From Octopus bimaculoides (lineage: Eukaryota): a stretch of DNA of 64,000 nucleotides. The notes beneath the pieces are model-generated. The model was not told where the DNA came from. It did not search any database and worked only from the letters and a program-made list of their open reading frames with translations. Location of the stretch: assembly GCF_001194135.2 (NCBI RefSeq), contig NC_068997.1, positions 54,764,099-54,828,098 of the forward strand, read 5' to 3'. The stretch's first letter is position 1, and each line of letters begins with the position of its first letter. Below, one piece after another: positions 24,261 to 38,407 of this stretch. The position numbers and the translations under genes are program-made.

Positions 24261-26394
24261 GTGTGATTATGCTTAGTACTGGAAGGTCTCAGGTGCAGAT
24301 GAATATGTACCTAAATAGTTGCGATCTAGAATTTTCAAACAAAGATAAAAGTAATCAATAACTATCGCAGAGTTTCTATTATTTATCAATATTTTGAGGG
24401 CAGAAATGGTAGAGTGCCAGATTAAAATGCCTTGAATTTTGATATTTTGTTCAGATCTCATGAGGATTGACTTTGCCCTCCTAGGTCAATAGAACATGTA
24501 GCAGAGAAATACAGAAAATTTGACCTGGACATAGAAATTATTATTTATTGATGATATAGAAATGTAATCACCATATGAAACTATTTATACTGGCAGTAAT
24601 CTGTGTCAACTAATGAATTAGGCAATGCAATTAAAACAGATGTAATCTAACTATGTGTGTTCAATATTTAGTAATCCTTGTTAAGTATGTGGAATCAATT
24701 TCTCTTTAGATATAATTGTATCATAGCATTAGAATTTCATTTTATATCTACTTAAATATTTCTGTAGGAATAAAGAACAAGTTATCTTCAATGGGTTCAG
24801 ATTTCATTGATGACATTTTGTCACCAAACTTATTAACTCCACAGCAAGTACCTTATTCAGCAATTAATTGAATATCATTTCAAATAAAATAAAAAATAAA
24901 AACAAGAACTGGGAAGAAAACATTTCAAATGTTTATTATTGTTGATAATTTCTTAATTATATCTGAAATGATTAAGAAAGCTTTTAAAGTGAGAATGGTT
25001 TTCAAGTGGTGTCGTGTGTTTTTTTTTTAAAGTTTGAAGTCCATTATCTATCTTAAGACTGCAGTTAATTAGAACATCGAACCATTTAAATGTTTCTGTT
25101 TTACTTTTTAAGTAATTAAAGATTTTTGTATTCTGCATTAGAATATTTCATTAATTTAACAAGTGAGAAAACATCTTAATTCATGATAAAATTAATTTGA
25201 TCGCATTTTCTCCCAGATAGATAATGGGTATTTCAAGAATAGAGTCAATTTGATAGTTGTCCTCAGAGTAACAAGGTTTCTGTCATTTAAAAGAATTTTT
25301 TTATCCAAGTCTGTTGATTCCACCTATAATGCCACAACAGCTATTGTAATGTCTCTCTATTTCACTTTCAATATTCTTGATGTCCTTTTGGCTCTTCAGA
25401 ATTGGTCAGTCAAATACTCTTCGGATGAGGATTGACTGGGACACTTCTCAGAGGCTAGCCCAGGATTGAACCAGGCAAATACTGACAAGTGGTGGATGCA
25501 GTGATATACTGCAATATTGAATCCCCCCCCCCCNNNNNNNNNNNNNNNTCCCATAAATATAGTTTGATCCAGAATGGACTTGGTTAATGTATAAATAACG
25601 ATGGGGTTATACTATTTTAGCTGTACACAATGACTGGATTGACAAAATATTACTTGTCGAAGTCGAAATAAATGTTGTCATGTTATACATGAATAACAGA
25701 AAATTTAGCTGAAGTATAAATGGAACAAAATGGAGTGTGTTTGTTGTCTTTTAGTAATACTACCGTTACTATGACAGCGTTATGAATGTTTCTGGCGTGG
25801 AGTGACAAATGGCTCTCAGTCATTTATTACAACTGCTCAACCTTTATTTAATTAAACTCTGGACGTATTCAGTTGACATGTTAATTTCTGTAATCAATAG
25901 AAACCATTTATCCAGAGAACAAGCTAGAATGGAATATTCCATTTTATTCTTGACAAAGTATGTTATTATTTACGAAAATATCAAAGCAGTTATTGGGGGA
26001 TTATAAAGTAGTGAGCAAGAATGATAAACAACATAATATTGCAATGAAAATCACAATGCAAAGTTCAAGAAATCTCAAACTGTTAATCGGAAACTAAAAT
26101 CTAATGCCTTTAATATTAACCAGATATAGTAATGTTTATATTGATATCACTAGATGATTCAGAACATTATAACTAATTAGATTTGAATGCAAATAATGGT
26201 ATGTTTACATGTTTTCTGAAATTATCAATTCGTCTGTAGTGAATTCTGTTGCTAGCGTTGTGAAATGACTGTTTGAAATGTTGCCATTACTAATTAATTA
26301 TGCAAAAAATAAACATAGCATTAACCCTCTCATGTCACTGAAATCTTTCTCTCCCTCTTACCCCTCCCTCTTTCTCCTTTCCACTTCAACTCCT

Positions 26395-26680
26395 CCTCCT
26401 CCTCCTCCTCATCATCATCATCATCATGTCCATTCTTTTTTTCCTTGCTGGCGTGGGTTGAACAATGCACATTGAGGCAATATTTAATGTCCTTCCTATC
26501 ACTGATGCCTTTTCTGGTTTTCAATTGAGATATGTTTATCTCCCCTGATCTTCACACATCTGATGAAATTGTTGAACTGTAGGGACATCTTGCTTACAAC
26601 AGTTGTAAACAAATGTTACCTGTGTTCAAATGGTGATGACACATGGAGTCAAATATTCACACACAAGCAAAACACACATG
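26395..26680 (-). mobile_element. SINE family 1 3' half with RTE-type tail, degraded
   Basis: (CAT)n followed by GTCCATTCTTTTTTTCCTTGCTGGCGTGGGTTG and ATGTCCTTCCTATCAC, matching the reverse of 57320-57380 and 58050-58150. Confidence 0.6.
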
Positions 26681-27444
26681 CAAACAGATGTGCCTTTGTG
26701 CTTTAATTTACATGTGCCATTACCATATTCTACAGACAAAGATATTGTGAGTGAACTATGGAAACTATCATCACAATACAGTTCCAGTTCTTTTGTGGAA
26801 CTTCCTTGGAAAACAGAGGTTTATTCTAATTTTCCTGGCAGGACAAGAAAAACGTTACTGGAAGTAGAGAAACTAATTACTTTAGCTAAATGAGAAACAA
26901 TTAGGAAAAATGTATGCATCAATACGATATTTATATAAATGTCCTTGAGTATTCGGTGAGTAGGGGGCATTTTTATTTCATTTCAAAATGGACTTTGGAA
27001 TATATTAAATTTATTTTTGAGAGCAAAAATGGTTAATTGCATAGGATAGCATATAGCAAGCTAAAGGTTAGTAGTACATAACTTTTCGAAGGCACTGTGA
27101 CTTCAAAATATTGAAACTGGCAATTGAATCAGTCCACCGGTTAGTAAATGTGTAGCAGCAATTGCTTACTGCCAGCAGCGGTAGCATAGTAAGATTGGTT
27201 GATTTTCAGTTGTTCATTTCCTCACATGGATTTAGCTTTAAATGTGATGTGTTTTATTAAGTCAACCTGCTCTTGATCAAGTTCACTATTTTATAATATA
27301 TAATCTTTCTTTGGTCTTTGAGTCCTCATGGAATTGTAGGTACTGTTGTGGCAAACAACTTGAATTGGGTACTTTTAAACATGTCAGAACCCATCCCTCT
27401 CGAGGTCTGTATTCAAACAATTTTTTAAAGAGAGAGAGAGAGAG

Positions 27445-27612
27445 ACAGAAGTGTAATTGACTCCAGTAGTGGACTGGTGCTTTATTTATTGAACCAGAAA
27501 GGATGAATGACAAAACTGACATTGGTGGGATTTGAACTCAGAATTTACAGAGCCAGAACAGATATCACAAAGCATTTTGTTCAATGCTCTAATGTCTCTG
27601 CTAGCTCTCCAC
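27445..27612 (-). mobile_element. tRNA-derived SINE family 2
   Basis: The reverse complement has GGAGAGCTAGCAGAG head, TCTGAGTTCAAATCCCACC B-box-like motif and TTCATCCTTTCTGG core. Confidence 0.75.
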
Positions 27613-28513
27613 ATAGATGCATATTTGTTTTCATAAATCTATGTGTATACATTTGGATGTTTTCATATACAGAATTATAATCATATACACGCACATCTTT
27701 GTACATAAAGATGTTTTCTTACACAATCATATAGTCATATACACACTCTCATGCATCTATATACATATGTACATGTCTCCAATACACAAACATATAATCA
27801 TATGTGTGTGTTCTTATTCTTATATACAAATGTAAATCCATTCACTTGCCCTCATACTCAAGTATATATTCATATACATACCTCCTATCATATATCTTTT
27901 GTATTTACATACACATACACAATTACATTGCGATATACATAGCTATTGTCCTATATCTATGTAAATACACACATTCTCATGCACAGTTATAGTGTGTATG
28001 TGTGTGTAATTTATTCCTGTTGCATGATGGGACACGTATGAAATTAGTTTGGCATATTAGTTATGCATTGCTAAAGAAAAGTTGTAGCAAGATGAAATTA
28101 AAAAGACTACATACATAAAAAAAATAGCAAAGCAGCAACAAAAAATTACCAGTCATTTGAAATGCAAAAATACAGAAAGAAAGAGAAAAATGTTATTTTG
28201 CTTTTAGATAAAAATCTTTACGTACCACACTTGTATTGACACTTCATATCGTTACAGAAAGAAAGTTTAAAGAAGGGAGAGGGAAAATAGCTGTTTTGAA
28301 GTTACAAGTCAAATCTAAGTAATGCCCAGGTGCAAATCAACCAGGTGAACATAGGTAGGTTATAGAAACTACTTAATAGAGAGGTGACCGACATGATAAT
28401 CAATACAGACGGTAGGAGAAGAGATGCTTGAGATGGATTCAGAAAATGGCCCGAGGTAATGGAGAACTTTGGTAAACTTTCTCAGGGATTAAGATCAGCA
28501 AGTCTAGAGAAAC

Positions 28514-28557
<44 letters not shown>

Positions 28558-29649
28558 TGTTTATTTATATGTATTACATGTATGTCATTGTAGATAACTG
28601 TGTATATCAGGATGTTATATATGTGCCTGCTATGAATTCCTATACATGCATATATTTACATATGTATATGATTGTATGCAACTGTGTACAACTGATCTAC
28701 ATACAGATGTTGTGTATATGTGTGATACGGATCTCTCTCTGTCTCTATATATATGTGTGTGTGCCTTCAATAGTATCCACATTGAACTTTAAAAGCTCAA
28801 AGACAATATAATGTATTGGTATGTTTATTNNNNNNNNNNNNNNNNNNNNNNNNNNNNNNNNNNNNNNNNNNNNNNNNNNNNNNNNNNNNNNNNNNNNNNN
28901 NNNNNNNNNNNNNNNNNNNNNNNNNNNNNNNNNNNNNNNNNNNNNNNNNNNNNNNNNNNNNNNNNNNNNNNNNNNNNNNNNNNNNNNNNNNNNNNNNNNN
29001 NNNNNNNNNNNNNNNNNNNNNNNNNNNNNNNNNNNNNNNNNNNNNNNNNNNNNNNNNNNNNNNNNNNNNNNNNNNNNNNNNNNNNNNNNNNNNNNNNNNN
29101 NNNNNNNNNNNNNNNNNNNNNNNNNNNNNNNNNNNNNNNNNNNNNNNNNNNNNNNNNNNNNNNNNNNNNNNNNNNNNNNNNNNNNNNNNNNNNNNNNNNN
29201 NNNNNNNNNATATTTACACATGCAGATATGTATATGTGTGTGTGGGTAGAAGCTGAATATGAAATATGGAAGTTATTCACTTATATTTCATCTTTTGTCA
29301 TAGTTTATAAGACCTGTCTATGTTGCTGGTGTAGTTGTTGTTTAACCACAGGTCAGCTCTGATCCTGAAAATCTATAGGCAAAGTGTTGCAACCATGATG
29401 ATCCCATCAAATTTATACCCAAGGGTATATTATCATATGTATCCATTTTGTAAAGATGATTGTACAAGATTTGAAATGAAATTGGCTGCTGTTTCTAGCA
29501 GGTGACATGATCATGTAGAGGGCACTTTGTTGGCCCATAGTTAAGTCATATTTGATGGCTGTTAATAAGAATATAATTGATAAAAGAATCTGGGTTGATT
29601 GAGTATTTTTAATAAATTTATTGTGATGTAATGAAAGGGCAGTACTCAC

Positions 29650-29756
29650 CAGTTTCCTCTACACATATGACTGTGCGCTGTTGCAGACCAGGACCACAGT
29701 TTGTTGTTACAGAGGAAGGTTTACATAAACCATATCCGGATACAATCCAATGATAG
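29650..29756 (-). CDS. Internal coding exon encoding a thrombospondin type-1 repeat (ADAMTS/THSD7-type): YHWIVSGYGLCKPSSVTTNCGPGLQQRTVICVEET
   Basis: Strong acceptor TTTTTCTGCTTGGTTTTAG, consensus donor G|GTGAGT, 107 nt open frame (phase 2 to 1). It shows the TSR signature Y.W....(W/Y)..C...CG.G.Q.R.V.C. Not in the ORF track because it has no ATG. Confidence 0.88.
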
Positions 29757-30002
29757 CTAAAACCAAGCAGAAAAACAAAGACATGGTTAGGATAATGAAA
29801 TGGATGTTGTTAATTATAAATATTACATACAGAGGACATTGCTCCAACTTAGCCTTGCTCATGATGGCTGAACGAACGGAAAGCTCAGTATGAAATTCTT
29901 TGGATAGATTAATCATTTGTATTCCTCTCTGATTAATTAAATGTGTGATCCGTATTATATAACATGGCACCAGTCACATATTGTTAGTTGAGCTTATGTC
30001 TG

Positions 30003-30180
30003 CATTATCATCATTTAATGTCCGCCTTCCATGGGTTGGACTGTTTGACAGGAACTGGCTGGGTAGAAGACTACCCCAGGCTACTGTGTCTGTTTTGGCA
30101 GGGTTTTTTATGGCTGGATGCCCTTCCTAACACTAACCACTCCCAGAGGGGACTCGGTGCTTCTTAAATGACACCACATG
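30003..30180 (-). mobile_element. RTE-type 3' end fragment
   Basis: ATCATCATTTAATGTCCGCCTTCCATG...GGCTGGATGCCCTTCCTAACACTAACCACTC is the reverse complement of 57225-57365. Confidence 0.85.
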
Positions 30181-33100
30181 ATAAAAATTAGTCTTATCCT
30201 TTTGAATGTATTCACTAAAACATTCTGCGGTTTTGGATTTACAACATCATCAAAATCATTCGTCTCACTCAGTTTTAGTTGACAAAGAAATCAGAAAATC
30301 TAAGAAATATTTATCTTCTGCAACATCCTGAAAGGTTATTCATGATTAGACTTGAGGTGATACAACTGACGATCATTTAAACAATTTTTAGAACAGCAAA
30401 ACAAAATTTGCTATCAAAGCAAACAATTTTGATGATTACTTAGTAATATGAATAACATTTGAACTGAAGCCTGTTAAGTTTACTGTTTAAGTTCAAAAGA
30501 ATTGTGATGATAATATCATCTACTGTAGCACTCAATCACAATATAACATGTTATCTTAGTTCTGTGTGCTTAACAAAAAAAAGATTATCAAATAATTTTC
30601 CCATTCAACTTTATAATATTTAAATTCATTTATTTCATTCTATTTTTTTCAGTGTCATTTTATATAAAAGAATACAGTCTTAGTGTGCCTTGTGTTAAAA
30701 CCAACAATTATTTTGTATTGAAAATGTGTAAATGTCAGAAAAATTGAAGTTATATGGGGAAAAAATAGAAAGAAATATAAATAGCATAAGGGTTGTTTTT
30801 TTTTTTTTTTGCACTTAACTGTAATCACAAATGATAATCCATTGATAAACTAAAAGATATGAGAACCCAAAAAGATTGTTCAAAGTTGAGACAACTTTTA
30901 ATGTATTTAGTTAGAACACTATAATTGTTGCTACAAAGAATTGGTGCCATTATTCTATATATTTAATAAAAGAAACATTTCATATTTCGTTAGGTAATGC
31001 AATGTGGCAAGTATTTTCAGTGATTTTTATCAAGCATTTTCATTAATACAGTCTTACAAATCTAATTAATGGTGAAGTTGAGGTGAAAAATGCAACTTAT
31101 TAAATGTACGCTTTATAATATTAATAATTAACAATTATATAACTTATCATATTTAAGGGATTTGTAGAATTTATGAAATAACAAAGTACATTTCTAATTA
31201 GGAAATGCTGCTGGGTTCTAAACATTAATAGTAGAATAATAATAGTTCCAAGTTTTGACAGCAAGTTGAGGGAGGCCATGCTGACTGGGCATACAGTTCT
31301 ATTAGCTGTAGTGTTGGTATGAGTTTTCAGTTTTATTTCTTGCATTCATTGGGCTGATATGGGTTTTGAGTTGTCTGCTACTTAGAGTGGGAACAAAAAT
31401 TTGCACAAGGTCTTCCTCTTTTAAGCAGATGATATGTCTGTTGAGAAATGGTGGAAGGTATTGAAGGAAGAAGACACTGCAAAATAATATGAATTGCATG
31501 AGAAAAGGATTGAAATCTTCTACGGAAGACAATGATGATATTTTGCTGAGTTTCTTCTATGAGAATACTGGAAGGAACTTAAATAAAAAGACACAAGAAA
31601 ATGTAGATCATAGAGAAAAACAATTGAATATTTCTAGACACAACCTCCATACATCTAACTATAGTAATTACCATAAAGGTGACATTATTCACTTGCTTCC
31701 ACTTACTTTAGTTTTCCTCAAGTTCTCTTACAACCCTTCCTGACACCTTTACTACCTTCTCTTCCTTTCCTTTTTCTTTATTCTCACTACCAATCTTTGA
31801 ACTCTTTTCTACAGTTCTTCAAAGCACATCACTTTTTCTTTTCTTGTCTCTTCTTTCTTATAACATTAAACTCTCCATCACAATCCTCTCTACCTATCAT
31901 CCACACAATACTCATTGATATACACGACCTTATTTATTATAATTTCATTGACTTTGAAGTTCTCTCAAGTTTCTGGCTTTTTCAAACTGTATTTGACTCT
32001 CCACTTGTATTGAGTACATTTTTACATTTAAATGTTTGTCGTTGCCATGTATATGAAAGCACTTACTTTTTAAAACTATAAACAATGTTGGATAACAATT
32101 CTGTACCCCACCTCTACTTCATCTCAAACTACATCACATACATCTCTTTTGTTTATATTGTCCATCTGATTTGTCAGTACAGAGACCATTAGTAGCCAAC
32201 CAATTTTAATGGTAAACAAATAATTATTCTGTGTTATAAAACACTGCGACATTTAACTATTAAATGAAATCTAAAAGGAATACAAGATCACACACACGCA
32301 TGTAAATGTGCACACACTCTGTCTGTCTGTCTTACACACTCTCTCTTTCTCTCCAATCTATTTTAGCATGAGGAATTGGACATGAAATCTGGTCTTATTC
32401 TGAAACACCATTTTATTATTCATTCTGCTATATAAAGAAATACAAGTATATAACTTTATCTGAATAATTTAAATTTAAATTCCACTGACTAAATTTCTTA
32501 AATAACTATAGAATATTTTTACCTAGCTTCAAGCCAACAATTCAACAACAGTGAACATTTCAGTAAAGTTGGAAATCATTGTGATGGAAAAATCTTTTTT
32601 TCTTTTTTTACAAAATTGCCTGGGAGTTCTTAGTTGATTCCTTATTTAAACACCTGCAGTCTGCACAAAACTGATATAACAAATCTTAAATTTAATGTAT
32701 GATTAAACATTTTATCATATTTTATAACAACATCAAATATTCTTTTACATGCATCTGTCTTCAAAACTTCCTGCTTTTGTTATTTAAGAAGCATGGTCTA
32801 TCAACACCCACAGCTTCCTTCTTTCATAGTCTTTGTATTCTATTCAAGAAAATTAGCATGTGTGTGTATATATGTGTGTTTCTGATGTTATAATGAAATG
32901 TAGCTGAGTAACCATGGGATAATTCCTCACAACTGCATTTATTGGGTATGTCCAGGCTATTGATTTGGCTTCATTCTGTTGTTGAGTGGTTATTGTGTTC
33001 ACTCATTTTGTAACCACCATAGAGAGGAGAATAATGTGAAAAGTTTGCATTGAACTGAAAGTTGTAGGCAGCATTCATTTTGTGGCAACATCCAGCAGTG

Positions 33101-33416
33101 TCACTGGACACAGTTAACAGTCCCAGAATACTGCTGCTGATAATCTCCCTTTACTAGCTGAATATTATTCCATTATGAGGCCTAAATATATGTATGTATA
33201 TGCCTATATCTGTTTATCTATCTATATACACACATGCACATATGAGTAAGTCAACAACTGAACGCAAATTGCACTCAACAAATATAATTGGAGTTGTATT
33301 TATGAATAGTTTGACTTAGCCTCACACGTTGCTTAAAGATTTGCAAGACATGGAAACATGACCACCACCCCAGATATTCAGAAGCAAAAACAAACTGGCT
33401 TCTTTAATACAAAGAG

Positions 33417-33419
<3 letters not shown>

Positions 33420-33475
<56 letters not shown>
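33420..33475. repeat. (TG)n microsatellite (one of many in the window)
   Basis: Directly visible. Similar (TA)n, (CA)n and (GA)n runs occur at about 7240, 11755, 17470, 18840, 28520, 44978, 51805, 52870 and 54258. Confidence 0.95.
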
Positions 33476-34246
33476 AGGATGTATGTATTTGCATATATGG
33501 CGGTGGATCTTCATCATTCACTGATGAGGACCCAATTGTTCAATAAACTCAGTTACCTCCTCCTGAATTAACGTGTAAGTGGTTGAGCATTCCATGACAT
33601 GTGTACTCAGGGTAGAATCAATGTGTCTTGGTGCATGGTGACACTGTATCTTCTGAGGTAAAGGAGCAATCCATCTGATGGTCTTCTATACAATTTCTGC
33701 CTACCCAGGTTTATATTAATAATCTTTGGGTCAAGCCAAGGCTAAACAAACTGACATTTGTCCAAAATGCCATGTTGTGGGGTTGAGCCCTGAATCCTGT
33801 GGATGTGAGAAAAACTTCTTAATCCTACAGATTTACAGTACCTCACATTCTACCTTTATTTGTGTGTGTGTGTGTGCATTTAAAAATATTCATTGCTCCC
33901 AAAAGTATGCTTCATACTTTTGGGAGCTTTGAATAATTTTTCGAAGTGCTTTCAATTGCTGAACCTATCAACAAACATCCACAAACACACATACACAGAT
34001 TCACATACACACATGCAACTCTACATAAAAATATACAAGAGTGTGAATTAAATGACAGATATAATATTCTATACCTATCCTTGTTTAAAAGTCTCAACTT
34101 CCTAAAAACATGATGTTTTTAGAATTTGAAAAACACTTTACATATAGACTACATGTAAAAGAGTAAAAACAAAAGAGAGAAAAATTTCTGTGGAATTTAA
34201 CCAGACAGTTGATGAGAACATCTCGTGTAAATTCAGTGAAAAGAAT

Positions 34247-34634
34247 TCAACCCTTTGAGACAGTCACCTCTTGAAACGTTTGATTCCCAGGCAGAGGCCA
34301 AGTGTACTCAATATTTACTCTCCAAATTCAATCCTTCTCTATGGAATTCAGTGTAGATCGGCAGGTAGCTTGATAGAATAATCATTCTTACTTTGTTTTT
34401 TAGGCAAAGTAAGAACTTTGTGTCTCCGGTTGAAACTGCCTCTGGCTCTGTAGTACAAATGTCTTGTTTTCATACGTTTTGAATTAAAATCTTCCACCAA
34501 ACCTTAGTCGCAATTTATGTTCTTAACACTAGCTGAATGATAACTAAGTTATTTTGCTAAATTCTTTGTTATATTTAAAGTAATTGAAAGAAACACGGAG
34601 CATCTCAAAATAAATGCAGTAACAAAAGGGTTAA
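34247..34634. mobile_element. Possible piggyBac-type MITE (TTAA/CCC...GGG/TTAA ends)
   Basis: Right end GTAACAAAAGGGTTAA; a degenerate left end TCAACCCTTTGAGAC at 34247. The body from 34426 resembles a cephalopod MITE I recall, which is unverified. Confidence 0.45.
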
Positions 34635-35084
34635 AAAATTAACAAACATTATCATCATCAATATCATCATTTTGACATTGTGTCTGTCTACTTGTGGACA
34701 GACACTGTATCATTTCTTTGAGATGTCACACGGACACCAATCCACTCACTGCTGTCCTTTTCTCTTCCATACATTCCTTCTGTTGGCATTGCACTTTTCA
34801 ACTAAGAACAACACTTTATAGACATCATATACCTATATACCACTTTATACTGTGGCAAACACATTTCATACACAGTTTCTCTCTCAGTATATTTATGCTC
34901 TGTCATTCATCCATGCTGTCGATACACATTCAGCAGAAGAAATAAAATAACCTGGTAGATAAATCAAAATATTTGTCAAATTTCGCCTGTCTTCTCTTAA
35001 CTCCTAGAACTCTATGAGAATTAAGAAATTAAGATTTCTTATGTACATATATTTATATATGACAAAGTGTGAGAGGGAGGGAGA

Positions 35085-35245
35085 GGGGGAGATCATATGT
35101 CCATTTTCCATACTGGTATACCGATACAAACTGACATGGTTTGACAGAAACTGACAAGGCTGGAGGGCTGCACCAGGTTCCATTCATCTGTTTTAGCATA
35201 GTTTCTATAGCTGGATGCCCTTCCTAATGCCAGCCACTGTAGAGA
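35085..35245 (-). mobile_element. RTE-type 3' end fragment
   Basis: GTCCATTTTCCATACTGG...ATAGCTGGATGCCCTTCCTAATGCCAGCCAC. Confidence 0.8.
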
Positions 35246-37439
35246 GTGTATATATATATATATATATATATATATGCATACACACTCTGCAAACAAGTGA
35301 AATCAGTCACCAGCCAAAACCTGGGAATCTTTCTGCAGTCCTGATGAATTATATGTCATAAAACGCTGCAGTGAAGCTTTGTTACCCACCTGGTCATACA
35401 GCATCTTTGTGAATTACAAGAGATGAAAGGATTTCACTGGAGTTCAGAAAATAATCCTTGTTTACCTGTATATGTTTTCTCTTTTACTTCTATGACAATG
35501 AAGTAATGGTCTGGTTCCAGAACCACAACAGAATACAGAACATACAAAGATACTGGAAAACAAGTGACAGAGCAAGTTACCAGGTGCAAATGTCCAATCT
35601 AAGTTTCAAGTCTTATGCTTGAAATGTTCACTATAGAGCAACGATTTTGTTGGGATTATCACAATCTGTTCAGAAGACCACATAATTTCAAAATATGCTG
35701 TAATGTATTTCTACAGGAAAATAGTTAAAATAATTTGATGTTGAATATTTCAAATTAAGACCTCAATCAATATGTGAAACTAAAACATACTGATTTTAAA
35801 GGGTACTCTATTATGACCCTGTAATATACCTTACACATCTATGCTATCAAAGGAGAAAGTGACTGTTGAAATTTACATCACATCTATTAAGTCAGCGAAC
35901 CCGTATTAGCTGAAGCTGTGTTGGTTTTTCAATAGCTTTTCTTTTTTTCTTGAGTCCTTAAGCTTAATTAATTATACGATGATTTGTGGTTCCTGCAATC
36001 CAGTGTTTAGCGACTAAATTTCCATCAGTGTTTCCTTACTTCTCTCTGGTTGAACATGACCCTCTGAACACTAACAACTGAGATTATTTTTCAGAAAACA
36101 CAAACCACATCAATAGAACATGTCTCCCAAATATGATTTAAATGACAGGATGACTGAATAAATTATGTCTCTCCCTAACCACTTCACCACCTTCCTTAGC
36201 AATCATTTTGGTCAGTAATCTAGAAAATGTATTCCGTTTGCTGTATATAAAATAAACCAGCAATCGTTAACTAAACAAATAAACACAATTATAAGTCAAA
36301 TTTGGTCCATGTCTTCAACATAGCAAATCTACTTAAGAATCCACCCCAATGATGGAATTGCACAGACAAATTGATATACCTTATGAAATACATTGATGAT
36401 TGCTTGCATATAAATCTCATATATTATATGTAATATCATTTATCATAGTTATATCTCACATTGTCAAGATATGGCTTTATTCACTTATGAAAAGTTTGAA
36501 TACAGCCTGAAGTTCCCTTTCATATACATTACTTCTTCAGAGGGAAAAGAGAATTTGTTCAAGACTATTCTAGATATGTTTGGTATTTTTCTCTGGTTTC
36601 AACTAAACTCTAAACTAAAATATTGACATATTCACAGCGTAGAGGGATAAAACCAATTAAACAAATTTAGAAACTCACCAGCCAACCCATAGAAATATTC
36701 TTCAGAGAAAATTCTTTGCTTCACACCAAACTAGATAGTCTGGCTATATTTCTTAATGAGCACTGAATATATTTTTAACATGCAATCACTGTATCAGTGA
36801 AAAGATGCAAACTAAATGAAATGCATTCCATAACCAAGTATAAAATAATATGAAAACTCCAAGAAACTTAGCAAATGCCATATTCTTGAAACTCTTTACA
36901 AGGTTAATATTTCAAGAGTTCATTTGATATACACAAATTTCCTTTTCAAGACACATTATTTTCATTTCATGAGAAATAGGATTTGATGATTTTTATTCTA
37001 TTTGGAAAATGGTGTAGACGCTACTTTCTAAGTAACATCATTACGATATTTTTGAAAATGTTTGGAAAAATAAATTTAAATTAGATTCCATTGAAATAGA
37101 AATAAAAACCCTGAAATGAATATGAAAATGATGAAAAGAAGGAAAGAGGATAACTATAAAATGTAATGAGTTTCTGGTTTTATAGAAAATTCATAGGGTA
37201 TTTGGACATCTTGGCTTAGAATAGTTGCATCACATCTGTATATAAGAGAGAATTAAGAGAGATAGTAACAGAAAAGGGCATCCAGCTCTAAATCACATTA
37301 ACACATATCTGACAAAAAAAAGCATATATAAACGACTAACGATGATGACGGATCATCTGGCCTAAACGTGAGAGTCTGACTTTTGAACAATCTCACTTTT
37401 TAAGATCTTACAAAAAAAAAACAAAAACAAAATAATAAC

Positions 37440-37965
37440 GAAATACCGCTAGGCATTACACCCAGTGTGCTACTAATTATTCTGCCAGCTTACCACCTTA
37501 AATGATAATCCTTTCTACTATAGATACAAGGCCTGAAATTTTGGGGGAGGAGGCCAATTGATTAGAATGACCCCAGTATGCAACTGGTACTTTATTTATT
37601 GACCTCAAAATGATGAAAAGTGGAATTTGAACTGGTGTGCTTGTTTTAATGGCCTACCAATATATACAGTGCCCTAGGTGTCAGGAAGACACTCGGCAAG
37701 AAATGGAAACGGAATTGAAAGAAGATGCTAATGAAAATAATAATAATAATAATCCTTTCTACTATAAGCACAAGGCCTGAAATTTTGTGGGTAGGGGGGA
37801 TAGTCGATTACAATACCCAACTGATACTTATTTTATTGACCCTGAAAAGAGGAGAGGCAAAGTCAACCTTGGTGGAATTTGAACTCTGAACATAGCAATA
37901 GGCAAAATACCACTACGCATTTCGTCCTACATGTTAATGATTCTGCCACCTTGTCACCCAATAAT
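37440..37965 (-). mobile_element. Tandem cluster of SINE family 2 copies
   Basis: A head fragment (TTCTGCCAGCTTACCACC) and two bodies each beginning ATCCTTTCTACTATA...CAAGGCCTGAAATTTTG at about 37508 and 37752; the second ends in ...TTCTGCCACC. Confidence 0.8.
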
Positions 37966-38407
37966 AATAATTAATAATAGCTTTATAAAAACTTAGCTAA
38001 GACATGATTGCCAGTTATATGATTGGGGTCTTTTTTCTTTTTATTTCTCTTTTTTTCTTCTAAATTGTAATCTCTGCCTACAGTGGAAAGTGTTTTTTTT
38101 TTTTTTTTTCCTTTTACACTATGCTTTTGTCATACAGAAATTAGNNNNNNNNNNAAATGAAAAGCATTTAGTCATGAATGGTCCAAAGATTTAGATTTAT
38201 TGCTAAAAACAGAAAAGACACCAATCTTTTTTTTTTTTTTTTTCCTTTTACACTATGCTTTTGTCATACAGAAATTAGTAATAAAAGAAGAAAGTGCAGT
38301 TGAATGACGTATTATTACAGATAACTCATATTGCCAGCACACTGTGATCGTCATTTTTTTCCTTAATTCTATGAAAATGACAAAATCTTGGAAGCACAAC
38401 CATGTAA

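Noticed and set aside
35490-35620. VWFQN homeodomain-like motif on the plus strand
   Set aside because: Lacks the following RR/RxK residues and upstream helices; no supporting exon structure.
38110-38278. Exact 35-bp direct repeat (plus poly-T) on both sides of a 10-N gap, resembling a target-site duplication
   Set aside because: The first copy abuts the gap, so overlapping contig ends from scaffolding are the simpler explanation.
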